The notes below the pieces were generated by a model, which did no database searches, was not told the DNA's origin, and saw only the letters and a program-made list of their open reading frames with translations. This document shows positions 35,990-49,144 of a stretch of 64,000 nt of DNA, in pieces (within the stretch, counting starts at the first letter, position 1; each line of letters starts with the position of its first letter). Source of the DNA: Selaginella moellendorffii (lineage: Eukaryota > Plantae > Lycopodiophyta); the NCBI RefSeq assembly GCF_000143415.4, contig NW_003314367.1, positions 62,001-126,000 of the forward strand. Reading direction: 5' to 3'. A program made the translations under genes and the position numbers.

Positions 35990-36600
35990 GGTTCTTTTTT
36001 CTTCAAAGTTTTCTGCTAGAACAAATAGCATTAATCATGGCAGGAAGCTTTAGATGTCCAACAATCACATCCTTTTGGTGATGAAAACCTGCAAATGGCT
36101 CTGTGGAATGGACTTTAACTCAAAGCAGAGAGAGAGTGGCTAGACAATGTTCTCCTGGATGCACAGAGGTATGATGATGATGACCATTTCCAGTTTATAA
36201 TCTAAAGGCTTTTACCTTGGTTTAGAATCAACATAAAGCTCATAGTTTGTGGAAATCACCCAATTGTCACTAGCTTCTCACACCAAAGCATTTGGCCTGG
36301 AACCACCAACAGGTTAGCCAAAAAGATTGCAAATCTTCTATCATCTTTTTTGTCTATGAGGTTGTGCTATATATTTGTGGTAAGAATAAGAACTTTACAC
36401 ATATCTTCTTTGTAATTCCCTCTTGTTTTTCTTTTGTAGGGCATTATCATTCCAGAGGCTATGCACGTATCGATAGAAAGCATTTTGTGATGCTAGAAGC
36501 CATTCTTGAAGCACTAGAGAGATGGTGCGTGGCTTGCTGAAAATTCACAATGGCTGGATTTAAATACAAGGATATGCAGTGTCATTAATAGAAGTCTTTG
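35990..36600 (+). pseudogene. 3' fragment of an ADPRM-like metallophosphoesterase (copy 1)
   Basis: Inverted paralogue of ~49165-49800 with remnant GHYHSRGYARIDRKHFVMLEAILEA; stops and frameshifts. Confidence 0.8.
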
Positions 36601-37393
36601 CTCATCTGCGATAATTTTTGTCATAACATTAAATACTAAACGTTTACTTTTTTATATTAATTTATAGATGCATATCCCAGATTTGATGCGCTAAACAACA
36701 ACTTCGATGACACCTTCGCATCTTTTTTACATTGACTTTTCCGATACCCATTCATTCATGTTAGCAAACGAAAGAGGGTTCCGCATTAAGCTCTTAGCTC
36801 CTTCTGAACATAACGAAGGTGATTTTGTAACAAAGGTGTTCAGGTCCAAATAGATCCATGGATAACATGCTCAAGGATTTGAGAGCACTAAAGCAAGAGA
36901 TTCTTAGGGAATTGGATGAAGCTGATTGGTAGCTGTCGGATTAGTTTCAATCCAGACCACTCACTCTTGTATATAAATTAGGGTTTTTGGGCTAATTGAT
37001 ATGCACATTTCTGTATTCCCTTTCTATATTCCATGCACTCACATATACGGCAGATCTATAGGTATGTATGTGGGTAGATGTTCTAAAGTTTCTAATGGAA
37101 AATCTCAAGTTAAAGCCAATAGTACAATAGGGAATCTTGAAGATAAACATGAATAGGATTGCAAGGGCAGTTTGGTTATGTAGATCCAACATGGAGGAAG
37201 CATAGAAAGTCTAGATTCACAAGTTTAATGATCAATACTTGAATCCAGATCCATAGCATCTTTTGAGAATGGAGAAATTAAGGAATAAGAAGCTGGATCC
37301 TTCCATCATAAGGCCTTATGCAGTGGTGGGACAAAGCCCAAGCCAGGAGGGAAAGGAATCAAATTGTGGAGAGGCAAAGACACCAAACTATAT

Positions 37394-38004
37394 GGTTCTT
37401 TTTTCTTCAAAGTTTTCTGCTAGAACAAATATCATTAATCATGGCAGGAAGCTTTAGATGTCCAACAATCACATCCTTTTGGTGACGAAAACCTGCAAAT
37501 GGCTCTGTGGAATGGACTTTAACTCAAAGCAGAGAGAGAGTGGCTAGACAATGTTCTCCTGGATGCACAGAGGTATGATGATGATGACCATTTCCAGTTT
37601 ATAATCTAAAGGCTTTTACCTTGGTTTAGGATCAACATAAAGCTCATAGTTTGTGGAAATCACCCAATTGTCACTAGCTTCTCACACCAAAGCATTTGGC
37701 CTGGAACCATCAACAGGTTAGCCAAAAAGATTGCAAATCTTCTATCATCTTTTTTGTCTATGAGGTTGTGCTATATATTTGTGGTAAGAATAAGAACTTT
37801 ACACATATCTTCTTTGTAATTCCCTCTTGTTTTTCTTTTGTAGGGCATTATCATTCCAGAGGCTATGCACGTATCGATAGAAAGCATTTTGTGATGCTAG
37901 AAGCCATTCTTGAAGCACTAGAGAGATGGTGCGTGGCTTGCTGAAAATTCACAATGGCTGGATTTAAATACAAGGATATGCAGTGTCATTAATAGAAGTC
38001 TTTG
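37394..38004 (+). pseudogene. 3' fragment of an ADPRM-like metallophosphoesterase (copy 2)
   Basis: Duplicate of 35990-36600 at +1404. Confidence 0.8.
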
Positions 38005-38261
38005 CTCATCTGCGATAATTTTTGTCATAACATTAAATACTAAACGTTTACTTTTTTATATTAATTTATAGATGCATATCCCAGATTTGATGCGCTAAAC
38101 AACAACTTCGATGACACCTTCGCATCTTTTTTACATTGACTTTTCCGATACCCATTCATTCATGTTAGCAAACAAAAGAGGGTTCCGCATTAAGCTCTTA
38201 GCTCCTTCTGAACATAACGAAGGTGATTTTGTAACAAAGGTGTGCAGGTCCAAATAGATCC

Positions 38262-38543
38262 ATGGATAACATGCTCAAGGATTTGAGAGCACTAAAGCAA
38301 GAGATTCTTAGGGAATTGGATGAAGCTGATGGAGCTGATCGAATTTCACTACTAATGAATTTGGTAAAGGTGAATTCCATGATTGTGGAGGCAGAACAGG
38401 CCCAGAAAAATGCTGCAGCTGAGAAGAAGAAGGCTCGTAAAAAGCGTTTTCTCAAAGTATTATCTGGTGTTAATGATATGTGCTTGAAAGGAGCAAATAG
38501 TCTGGACAGTGGGTTTACCAGTTTGGTGTTTAAGAGTGTGTGA
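38262..38543 (+). CDS. Small basic coiled-coil hypothetical protein (93 aa)
   Basis: ATG-initiated ORF with helical composition and an NLS-like KKKARKKR. A truncated 5' copy lies at 36858-36926. No recognisable family. Confidence 0.35.
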   Translation: MDNMLKDLRALKQEILRELDEADGADRISLLMNLVKVNSMIVEAEQAQKNAAAEKKKARKKRFLKVLSGVNDMCLKGANSLDSGFTSLVFKSV

Positions 38544-38681
38544 AATTGTGTCTTGAGCTTTTCCATCATAGTTTGCTTAAGAATGTGTGAAAGTGTGTGC
38601 TGAGCTTTTTCATCTTACTTTGAGATATGCTACAAGTTTGTAATTTTGATCTTTCACAAATATTATTATTGTTACAAAGAG

Positions 38682-41600
38682 TCACTTCGGACGCCCTCTA
38701 GCAATAACACCACCCTTCTTTTGCAAAGCGTTAAATCCCAGCGACGTACCGGGCCTGGATCTTTGCTTTGCCGCTAGAGCAGCCTGGAGCACGTTGATCT
38801 CTCCCTGCTTCTTCCCGAGCTCACTTCTAGTCTCCTCCAGCTGCCTCAGGAGATCATCAACTTGGATCCTATTGCTCTTCCGCTCCGGCTCGGTCGATCC
38901 CCATGGCTTGCTCATCCGCTTCTCGATCTGAGACGTTGTCATCCTCCGTGTGTGATCCTGGTCTCCATGGACGATGGAGAAGCGAGAGTAAGGCTTGAGT
39001 ATCTCCGAGACTGGCGTTGGAGGCCTCGCAGGTAACCGCAGCGCATCCGACTCGCGGGACAATCTTATCCTACGCTGGATCCCGCTCGTGACGAAGGATG
39101 ATGATCTTCGCGGCTCGGCTGTGATGATGGAGCGTCTCTTTTCCGGTGTCGAAGGCCTGGACGAGCTCTGCCGGGCCCTTGCTAGCGACCTCTTTTGCAT
39201 TGAAACAATTCCTTTGAAGTACGCAACTTGTTGCTGCAAAGCAAAACAGGCAAGCACGCGTGAGACGAGACAACAAAAGATAAAACTGAGTACACATACT
39301 TGCAACTTCTGGACCATGAAAGCCATGCGCCTGCTATTCCGGTTGGCCTCGCAGAAATCCCGCAGGAGGTTGAGGTTCTCCTTGACGAAGTGCTGCATCT
39401 CCTCCTTGCAGCGGTCTTTGGTTCGATCGATAGTGGTCTTCAAGACCACAACAAAGTCTTCAAGAATTTGCCTGCAATGCGAAAATGTGAGAATCAAAAA
39501 CCATCAACAGTCTTAGAAGTGTTATTCACCTTTGCTTCATGATCTGGGATCTGGATTCCAATCCTTCAGCCACTGCTGCCCTTTCTGATCCTTTAACGTA
39601 GGCCAGGAACAAACCTCTCGTCAGTGGAGGCCATTCCCCTGGATCGTGGTCGTGAACGATGACACACAAAGCTTCTTTGAATGCGTCTAGATACTCCTCT
39701 TTCTGCCCGAGTTGATGGAGAAGCCGGAAAACACGTTGCTCCAGATCTTGTATCCGCTCCGTGAGCAATCTGGCAGCCTCTTCTTGTGCGAGCCTGTGTT
39801 TCACATCCAGCGACTCACGAGCTTGCATCTCTTGGATTTTAGATTTGTATTGAGAAAGCTCAGCGACAAGCGGCTTCTCACGCTCAACAAGCTGAAATAG
39901 AAAAACGCACAAACTTAGCACAAACTCTCGCGAGTTTTACCTGCTGGATTTTGGAGTGCTGCAGTACTGCCAATGTTTCTCTTTCTTTAGTCGCATGCAG
40001 CAACGCCTTTCGGTGCTCATCAGCCTCCTCCACTAGTTTATCCAGGATCCGCTTCTTGTAGTCAAATTCCAGAGCGAAGTTCTCGAGCCTCGCCTTCTCA
40101 ATCTCGAGGTGCCGTATGTTTGAATCTTGTGCCGTGCAGAGAGTTGACAGTTCCGTAATTTGCAGCTGATACGAGGTGGCAGCTTTCTTCTCCAACAACA
40201 TCTGTGCTCTTGCATCATCAATGTGTTTTTGCTGCGCCTGCATTGCTTGCTTCATCTGTGAAAACCCGACCACCAGCTCCTCGTCGTTAATCAAGAGGTC
40301 TTCGTCCATATACGTCTGCACAGACCCAATCAGTAAACGCAAAGGGATGCGCCATTTCCTACCTTGTATTTCCTGATCTCTCTCTCACAGTCTTCCTGCA
40401 ACTTCTGCATCCTTGTTCGAGAGTGGCTTTCTATTTTGTCTATCTGACTTTGCAAGCCCAACACCTCCGTAGAGTGCACCTTCTCTTTGTGTTCTATCTC
40501 TTTGACGCAGCTCTCCTTCACTTGCTCTGCTTTTGTTCTCCAGTGTTCCGCTCTAGCTGTTTCTCCGGTAAACTGGAACACAAGACGCGTAAGGTAGCCG
40601 AAGATCTGACCAATAGTGTTACCTTTTCTTCAAAATGCTCGTACAAGGTTCCCATTGCCTGGCTTTGGGATTCCAAGAACGTTTGAGTTGTATGTTCCAA
40701 GTTTTTCTCTGCAGCTTCCAGTTTCTCCTTTAGAGTTTGCATTTCCAATACAAGCTCCCTCTCTCTTTTTGCATGCTCTTTCTCCTTCTCTTTTATCTTA
40801 GCAGCCCAATCTTGCCGAATCCTGTGCTGCCTATACTGGGACTCGTCTTGCTCAGCTTGCAAGCTTGATTTCAGGTTCTACAAACAACAAAAGTTAACAG
40901 TTAAAAGTTTGTGAAAGAAAACTATAAATAAATAAAAATCTTCACCTGGGCTTCTTCCCCGGCTTCTTCCAGCTCACTGCGCCTAATAAGCAGCCAGTTC
41001 TCAATTTCGCCTTCTTCATTTTGATCAGTGAAGAAATCAAGCAAACTAGTCGGTCTTTCAGCAGAAATCTTGCCATCATCCAAAGTACAAATAAATATAG
41101 TGCCTTTTGTGGAACGAATAAACACAATGTTATGCGTTTCGTCAACACACATTGCAGCAATCCGACCTGGTAAGAATGCACAGATGAGCTGGGAAACTAT
41201 ATCGTCAAAATTCAGTCACCATACCTGACTGCTGTGGAAACTTCATAAGAGGAGAAGTCTTGTTGCTCGCAAAAGGATAAGCGTAACCATGCAGCTCTTG
41301 CGTATCCACAGTCACTGCTAAAACCATTCGCCTCTGGAAATAGCCGACAAGTTGGCCATAGCTTGGTTGGTCTTGAAGCTCGCACAAAATCGAGCCCCTG
41401 TACCTGTTTGCCCAGTCACCGTCCCCTGTGCCATCCCATACTCCGATAATAACTTCGTTCGGGAAAGTGTTGAGAATCTCCGGTGGGGGCTTGTTACTGG
41501 TGCTGATGATTCGCAATGGAAGGCCCGGACCGCAGCTGTATAGGAAATACCGGCTGTGGTCGTAAAGTATACTGGCATACTGCGATCCCTTCGTGACGCA

Positions 41601-43942
41601 TTCCTCGTGCCGCCTAAAGTCGTCAACAGCCCATCTGTAGGTGGCACCGTCCAGTCCAGCTGATGCTAGATGCACAGAGTTACTGGACCACGCAATCGAC
41701 GTCACCTTATTGATATGTCCCTGCAATAAATTCGCGGGAGAAAATTAGCACAAGAACTGTGCAAGTACCTTCAATACTGTAAGCACTTCCCACGTAAAGC
41801 TCGAGTAGATAACAATCTCACGCCCGCATAAAGCCGCAACCATGTCACCACTTGGACTGTACTTTATTGCTCCACAGCCTTGCAGCGCAACTTCCCTCCG
41901 GGGCTCTAGCCTTTACGAGCAAAGCAGGAAGAGGTTATTAGATAATACGTTATTTTCGTTCTGAAGACTCACCGAGAGGCCATGATACCAAACAGCAAGA
42001 TGCTTGAGTATGCCATTCCCACTGCGAGCTCGTAACCCCAGGGGCTGATGGCTATGCTGCTTGGTTGCTCGTGACAACTGCAAATGACAGAAGTGAATGG
42101 CATGTAAACAAGGATACATGCTTACGCGTAAGTTAAGTCGCACAAAAGTCGACAGTAGCTCCACACCCGCACCATTTTATCGTTACTACAAGTTGCAATC
42201 AATCTGCGACGAACGCAAATATCCATTCCAGAAACAGCCGCAAGGTCAATCACTGTACAAAACAAGAAAGATTGTAGAACAATATCTTTCTTCTTACAGT
42301 CTACCATGCATGTCCATGAGATCTTTCGGGCCCTCCGACTCAAAGTCGGCATAGTCAACCTTGAGCACAATACCTTCCTGTTATGTAGCGTGGCACAATT
42401 TTCAGTTATGACCAGAAAAACCAAAGCATTTACCTGTTGAACATAAGCCAGGGCATCCACATTCGGAGGTAGCGCAATACAGGAAATCGGACCACGAGTT
42501 CTGTAAAGTTTAAAGACTGAGGACGAATACCTCAATCATGTTAGGATATGCACCTAGTAAGAACGGTTCCTGTATAAACAGGAGGTCTTCCACGGGCCTG
42601 TGGAGGAAAGAAAGTTCGGATTAATTCTTCAAGGAAACAACAACTAAACCTTAAAGTCAGTCAGAGCGCCGTCGTCCCTTCCCGTGAGAAATCCGTTTCG
42701 AGTGGCCACTAAACGCAGTGTGTGCCCTGTGTCTACCAGTTTCTGCAGCGAAAACTCTGTGAAGCTACAAGTCCATCTGAAATCAAATACTTACACTCTC
42801 TATGCGTCCGTCTCGTACTATCAGTATCATATCCTCTACTGTCGAAACAGCAAGCCCGCCATCCTGGAGCCAATCATGGTCCGTGAGAGTAAGCGCCTGA
42901 TTAAGGCCTGGAACAGCGAAGCTCTTGGTAGTTCCACCTTTGAGGCTCCATATTCTAAAATGTGTAGGCCCTGCATGCTCAAAAGACGTATGAAAACTAT
43001 TTTACTTGAAAGAAGGACTAACCACAAGTGGCAAACTCGTCGCTATCATGGGGATTCACAGTCACTCCCGTGATCTCCACAAAAATTGGTATAGTCGTCA
43101 AAACCTATGGAAAAACAAAAACGTAAACAGTGAGCATCAATTCTCCATTCCTTTTCAAGCGGACCTTGCCGTGCTCGAGCTCCCAACAGATTACAGAACC
43201 TTTCACGTTCTTTGTGACAGCGACTGCCTTTTGCTCGTTCTTCGATAGAGCGCACACTTCAAGCTCTTCAAAACAATCACACCTGTGATGAGAATAACAA
43301 AGAAACCAACACAATGGTCCCAACATACCAAGAGTGAAATTAATAGCCACCTGCGGGACTTGTGGAGATGAGTGTTTGCACAACTTTGAGCTTCTTTGTG
43401 TCGACAATCGAAATCTACAATCGACGAACATGACAGTCCCAGATCAAAGATCATAAAAGCATATAAGGAAAAATCTACGCACCTGGCCGTGACCAATTTT
43501 CATCTTCTCACACACTGCAACGAGGCTCCCACTCGGTGTAGAAGTCAGAGAAACGATGCTCTGAAAAAGAAAAAGAATAGGAAGAAAGAGTTTGTCTGAA
43601 TAGAAATCCTTTCTATTCTCTCACCTGGACTCCAATGTTCATGACGATGAAATGCATTGTCTTGTCGAGGAAACTGATCAAGAAAGAAAAAGTAGAACAA
43701 ATTCTACAAAAGAATCGAAAGGATTGTACTTGTGGAAGACGAGATTGCAGCCGAGAGCATAGGCGATGGTGTGCTCGTCGATGCACACCATTTGCTTGTT
43801 CTTCCCGGGAATGGCCTCGAATCCAAACGCGTATCTGCCAAAAACAAGAAAACGCTTGGATTTTCCATCAGGACGAGCGCAACGATGCCTACATTGGCCT
43901 CAGAGAGGGGCCGGTCTCCAGCGCCAAATCTCCCTCCTCCAT
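38682..43942 (-). CDS. CFAP57: Cilia- and flagella-associated protein 57-like (WD40 + coiled coil), multi-exon
   Basis: Exon peptides VSGMDICVRRRLIATCSNDKMVRVWSY and GHINKVTSIAWSSNSVHLASAGLDGATYRW match CFAP57/WDR65 WD repeats. Long C-terminal coiled-coil exons and short GT-AG introns. The start MEEGDL at 43942 is inferred. Confidence 0.82.
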
Positions 43943-44564
43943 TCCAGAAACAATGACAAAAGAGAGAGAGATAGGTAGAACCCTAAAACTAAAACTTAGG
44001 GTTCTTGCGATGTCGAAGAAAAACAACCTCGCCACGCGCGCCCGGCAGCACGAGTTTGATCTCAAGAGTAGGCATTTGTGATTCTCTGATAGAAATCTCA
44101 CTTGATTGTGGCTGGCGCAGGGGAGAAAGAACAGCTTGACAAGCAGGCCAAGAGAATTCCAAACCAAAACAAGATGAAGGTATGGATACCATGATTTTAT
44201 TCGCATTTACGCAGCTCTGTGCTATCGATAGATCGATTCGGTGAAGATCAAGAAGAAAGTTAGCAAGAAGAAGAAGAAGAAGAGCGTAGTGAAGGCAGCG
44301 GGGGCTGCCAAAGGCATGGAGATAGATTCTTGATAGAGGTATGAAAAAAATTCCTTTTTCACTGCTTTCTACATCTAGTATTTATTGTTTGCAAAGTTTG
44401 CAAGGTAGAATCTTTGGCTCTGTTTTTTCACTGTTTTCGCGAACTTATCTCTCACTCGTGTTTTGTTTTACATGCTTCCAGTATGCTCCATGGAATCAGA
44501 TTCCGGATTGAAAAGGACAAACAACGTAGGAATATTTTTGCGGAGGAAGAACCTGCGAGCCGGC

Positions 44565-45720
44565 ATGGCTGCTGGTGCTTCTTCCATCGTGAATGTTGGT
44601 TCGTTTAGTCTGGAAATCAAGAGGGATCTTTCTAGACAGTCGGGAAGAACATCGAGAGCTTGTGGTGCTTTTACTCTTAAGTGCAGGGCCGCGGCATCTG
44701 GAAGGCTTGAAGAAACATGGAAGCCTGCTCCGATGGGACAGATCTCCTCTTACAACGATTCCTGGCTTGACAAGCGGATGATACTCGTCTTCGTTGGAGC
44801 CATGTCCAAAATCTCTGGTACTTTGATCGGTTTTGTCTCAGCTTTTTCTAAAGCTCCGTCGTTGTTCTGTGCTGCAGGAAAAACCACCAGCCTTCCTGGG
44901 TTTGATGGCTTTGTGGACGTAGCAAGGAAGATGATGCAAGGCCGGACTCCTGTGCAACAACACGAAATGGTACTGCGAGTATTAGAGTCTCTCATGCCTT
45001 GGTGGATCGGAGCTATGGTATGTAGCGGTTTCTTCCAGGTTTTCGAGTTTTTCAACATCTTGTTCACATTTAGCGCCTGACACTATAGATTCGGACTATC
45101 TTGCCGGCATCTAGAGCTACAGCGGAGTTTTATGCTCACGGCACTACACTGTTCACGAGTTGGTTGATTGGACCAAGCGAGGTGTGTTGGTAGTGTTGTT
45201 AGTGTCTGTCTCTAAAATTAAACTCAGGTGATCGAAGTCGAGGTTGATGGAGTGAAGCAAAAAACTGGTGTTCACATCCAGAAATGCAGGCATAGTGTTT
45301 GTTCTGTCTCCTTTTTCGTTTTTTATTAAGAATTTTTGCTTCTCGTCTTTCGCATGTAGAGTTTTGGAGAGCTCGGCATGCGTGGGCTTGTGTACCAACA
45401 TGTGCAAGGTTCCATCCCAAAGATTTTTTGCAAAAGAACTCGGTGTGCCCATGACGATGGTTCCCAGTAAGTTTTTCTCTTCCAACGGATTGGAGCTAAG
45501 TTTTTCTAACCTGTAGACTTCGAAGACATGAGCTGTGATTTTATCTACGGCCAGACTCCGCCGCCTTTAGAAGAGGATCCAGCGTCTCGACAACCTTGCT
45601 ATTACGGAATGTGTAAGAGTTTTGCTTATTTCGTTTTCATTTCTTATTGAGCACTGTTGTTTTCTCTTTTACTCAGGCCCGACTGCAAAAGCTAAAGCGA
45701 ACTCCTGTCCAAGGTTATAG
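44565..45720 (+). CDS. D27: Beta-carotene isomerase D27-like protein, plastid-targeted, multi-exon
   Basis: Spliced product contains [69 protein letters not shown] and DPA..QPC. Confidence 0.9.
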
Positions 45721-45813
45721 GTGAAACGCTTGCGTTTAATGGTTAGAAAACGGAGTGTTATCAGTTGTGACTAAGAAATGGGAAGAAGTTTGGTTTTTTC
45801 ACAAATTTCTGCC

Positions 45814-46312
45814 TCACGGTGGACTGGTCAGGTGCATCGCTCCGACGTTTATGTCGTAAGTTTTGGGCTTGTATGGTTCAGGAGGAGGGATCTTTGGCAC
45901 TACTACAGTGAGCAGGCCGTCCTGGCATGCAGCAGAGACGGAGTCGAGAGCTGCGTTTGCGGGCAGATTGAACTTCCGCATGAACTTCCCTGCGGATCGT
46001 TCCACCCGCACGAACTTGGTGTCGTAGTGAGAGTTGTCATTGTCGCGCTTGCGATCTCCACTGATCTTGAGAATGCTATCGTTCTCGATCTGGACCTGGT
46101 AACGCGTCTCTTGTTTGGATTAACACACTGCCTTCTCTTGACAGGACTCTCGAGAAGAACGAACTTCGAGCGGCCGTAGAAGACAAAAAACCCCGAAGAC
46201 AAGAAGGAAAGAAGGTGCGTACCTTGACGTCCGTGTTCTTCATTCCAGGAACATCAGCGACGAAAACATACGACGCTGGGAGTTCTTTCACGTCGACGGA
46301 GGTGCTTGCCAT
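45814..46312 (-). CDS. Small heat-shock protein (HSP20, class II-like alpha-crystallin domain), one intron at 46096-46222
   Basis: [23 protein letters not shown]...[17 protein letters not shown]...[18 protein letters not shown]. It lacks the usual N-terminal arm. Confidence 0.88.
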
Positions 46313-46315
46313 CGC

Positions 46316-46860
46316 TTACTTCTTTTTCTTCTGCGGAGGTAAAAAAAAGCTTCTTTTCAAGTTTCTAGCACGCAGGAAAGAAAGAACTTACGTCTCTTGG
46401 GCTTGTAGTTGCGAAGGAGGCCTCAAAGTCGGCGAGGTCCCTTGGAGACAAGGCAACCGGCGCAGGAGGATCGACGTACTTGGTGTAGTCGAGGGTGATC
46501 TGCGTGAGCACGAGAGACGGCTGCCTCTTCGGCTTGGGTGGCGGTCTCCTGGGCGGCGATGGAGGCTGGAGCTTTCCAACGAAAACACCGCAAGTGGTGT
46601 CCCGGTCGTAGATGGAGCGGTAATCGACGTGAGCGTCGCGGTTCCAGATGGGCCGCTTGAAATTTTGGACTAGAACTGGAGGTACACAGTTCTTGTGACC
46701 GTATTTGTTCGGCTTTTCTTGATGCTGCTGCTGTTCCTGCGGATGATTTTGCTGCTCTTGATCTTGCTGCTGCTTTTCAGGATCGGCGTGAAGTGAATCG
46801 CTTGCTGCAGCCTCGACTTGGACCGGAACCTCGCTCGCAGGCTCCGTGATGAGAATGGAA
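46316..46860 (-). CDS. Gln/Pro-rich open frame ending 3 nt before the sHSP ATG; start not resolved
   Basis: A stop-free frame at 46392-46860 (PEKQQQDQEQQ...PPSPPRRPPPKPK) splices via intron 46331-46391 to KKKK-stop. Confidence 0.45.
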
Positions 46861-47016
46861 CTGCGATGATTTCCAGTAAAACCGGTACGTCACCTTTGGA
46901 CTCTCACCGGTCGCGACTGTTGCCATTTTGACCGCTGACAAACGTTTTCTTAACTCAATTTATTATTAAGCATTATTTAACCTCTTAATTATCAGGAGAC
47001 AAAGCAGTTTTCATGT

Positions 47017-48550
47017 TTAGCGAGGCAAAGGAACAAGCTTCAAGGGAAGTGCACGGGGAATGGTGAATCCAGCTCCCTCACTCATATCCAAATGCTCGAA
47101 GCTCATACCGTCTGGCATTTTCCAGTTGAAGCCATACAACAAGCTCGCCAACGTAACCGAAACCACTGTGAGTGCCAGATGCATACCAGGACAACCACGT
47201 CTACCAGCTCCAAACGGAAGGTAATCTCCAAAGTCGTGACCACAGCCATCGTTTTTCTTATCTATGAACCTGTTCGGATCAAACTTCAGAGGGTCGACCC
47301 AGGTACTCTCGTCCCTGCCCAATGCATAGAGGTTGATAAAGACTAGAGTTTTTTGTGGTACAAATACGTTCTTGAGCTGACAGTTTTGTGTTGTCTCGTG
47401 GATAAGCAGCGGACCCGGTGGATGGAGCCGGAGCGTTTCTTTGATCACTGCAGCAAGATATTCGAGTTTGGGAAGGTGACCCCCCTGAACCTGAGACTTT
47501 CTTCCTAGAACGTTGTCAAGTTCTTCCTGTGCTTTAGCCATCAAATCTGGATGCTTCATTAGCTCAGCTAATGCCCATTCCACAGTGATAGCACTCGTGT
47601 CTGTTCCTCCAGCAATCATATCCTGCAGAAGTTTGTTAAGTTGTAAGCCCGCTAGCTCAAACAAGGCTACTGTCTGTCCTTACCGCAATCACAGCTTTGA
47701 TCGCAACATCATTGCTTCCAATTTCTGGGCTCTGTAACATAAGTGTCATGAAGTCAGCGGACTTATCATTCTGATCATGGTGTTCTTCAATCTGCTTCTG
47801 CAAATAGGAGCTCATTTGTTCTTTCAAAGCTTTCATACGGGATTTCTTCTTTGTGTCGAGCAGGCTTAGCCAAGGCACATAATCTCCAACTAGAAACTCC
47901 CCTGTGCTAACAAAAGCTTCAGCGATCAGTTCCTTTACCGTTTTTGTTTCTTTGTCTACAGTCGCGCTACTCGTCCCAAGCACGATCCTCATCATGATAT
48001 TTAGAGTCATGTTCAGAAGCATGGATGTCAAGTCTGCAGCTTCATTCCTGTTTGCAATGTCGCGAAGTTGACTCACGAAACGCGATCTTTCTTCAGCTCG
48101 AATGGACTCAAAAGAGTCCACCCGTCTTGGTGTTAGCAGCTCCAAGATGCAGAATTTCCTCACCATTTTCAAATGTTCTCCGTAAGGTGCCCACAGCACA
48201 CCTGACCCATTGAAACCGAAAATCCTAGCTGCTGAAAGCGCTGGCCTTGATGAGAAAGCGATGTCATGGCCTTGGAGCGCTTCTTTAGTGACTTGCGGAG
48301 AAGAAAGCACCAGGCATGGATACTGACCCAGCTTGAGATACATGCAGGGTCCAAACTCTCGAGCAAGTGCGAGAAGAACACGATGAGGATCACGTCTGAG
48401 CAAGTGAAGATGACCAATTACTGGAAACATCCTTGGACAAGGTAGGCCTTTGTATCTTTTTGACGGGTACAAGATTCTCACCAAGCACCAGACGGTTCCT
48501 AGTATTGCGAGCAGGGAGAAGATAGACAGAGACCAGTAGTGAAACTCCAT
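47017..48550 (-). CDS. Cytochrome P450, CYP71 clan (A-type), two exons
   Basis: N-terminal membrane anchor, PVIGHLHLL, AGGTDTS I-helix, KETLRLHPP, FDPNRF and heme motif PFGAGRRGCPG. Intron at ~47623-47682. Confidence 0.95.
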
Positions 48551-49144
48551 TGAGTTATTGCCAGAAGAATAGCTAAAAGAAGAATAGCTAAGAACTTCTG
48601 TAGACTGTGGGCAACAGACTTGTGTAGAATTGCTGTTAACAATGCCCTGTTGTCTTGAATACTGCTCAGAAAATCCCCTGACGAGACCTTTATATCACAA
48701 GGTCAAAGTTCCACATTGCTAGAAATATTAATTTCAGCATCCAGACAAGTTGAGCCAAGACGGACTGAGCAACTTTCGCATTTATATGGCGGACGTGCGT
48801 TTTGTTGGCAACATCATTCACTGTAGAAGTCAGTTGCGGCTGGTCAAGCATTCACACAGTTACATTGGTAATCTGCTTCTTTTGTATTCATGAATCTGAA
48901 AACGATCCACCCACATTAGTGCACCAACTTATACTCGAAATATATTATGGATCACAGTTTATAAGGTTCTTCTAAACTGCCAAGTCTTCTCATTTGATAA
49001 ATCTGTGATCATGCATATGCAAACTTATGAGCTCAAAAAGAATTAATAGCCTTGGTGAATAAGAATCATTTCATTCATTTGCATAAAATGTAAATAAAAG
49101 CCCAAACACATATCCCATATCCCAGATATTGGTGGCTATGGAAA

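Larger units (their letters stand above)
35522..38330 (+). repeat. Direct tandem duplication, 1404-bp unit x2
   Basis: Near-identical ORF pairs are offset by 1404 (35588/36992, 35859/37263, 36292/37696). The junction is at 36926, and the unit starts inside the 3' LTR B. Confidence 0.95.

Noticed and set aside
44565-48550. Strigolactone biosynthetic cluster (D27-like + P450)
   Set aside because: The P450 has CYP71-clan motifs rather than CYP711/MAX1 features, no CCD7/CCD8 is nearby, and adjacency is expected at this gene density.
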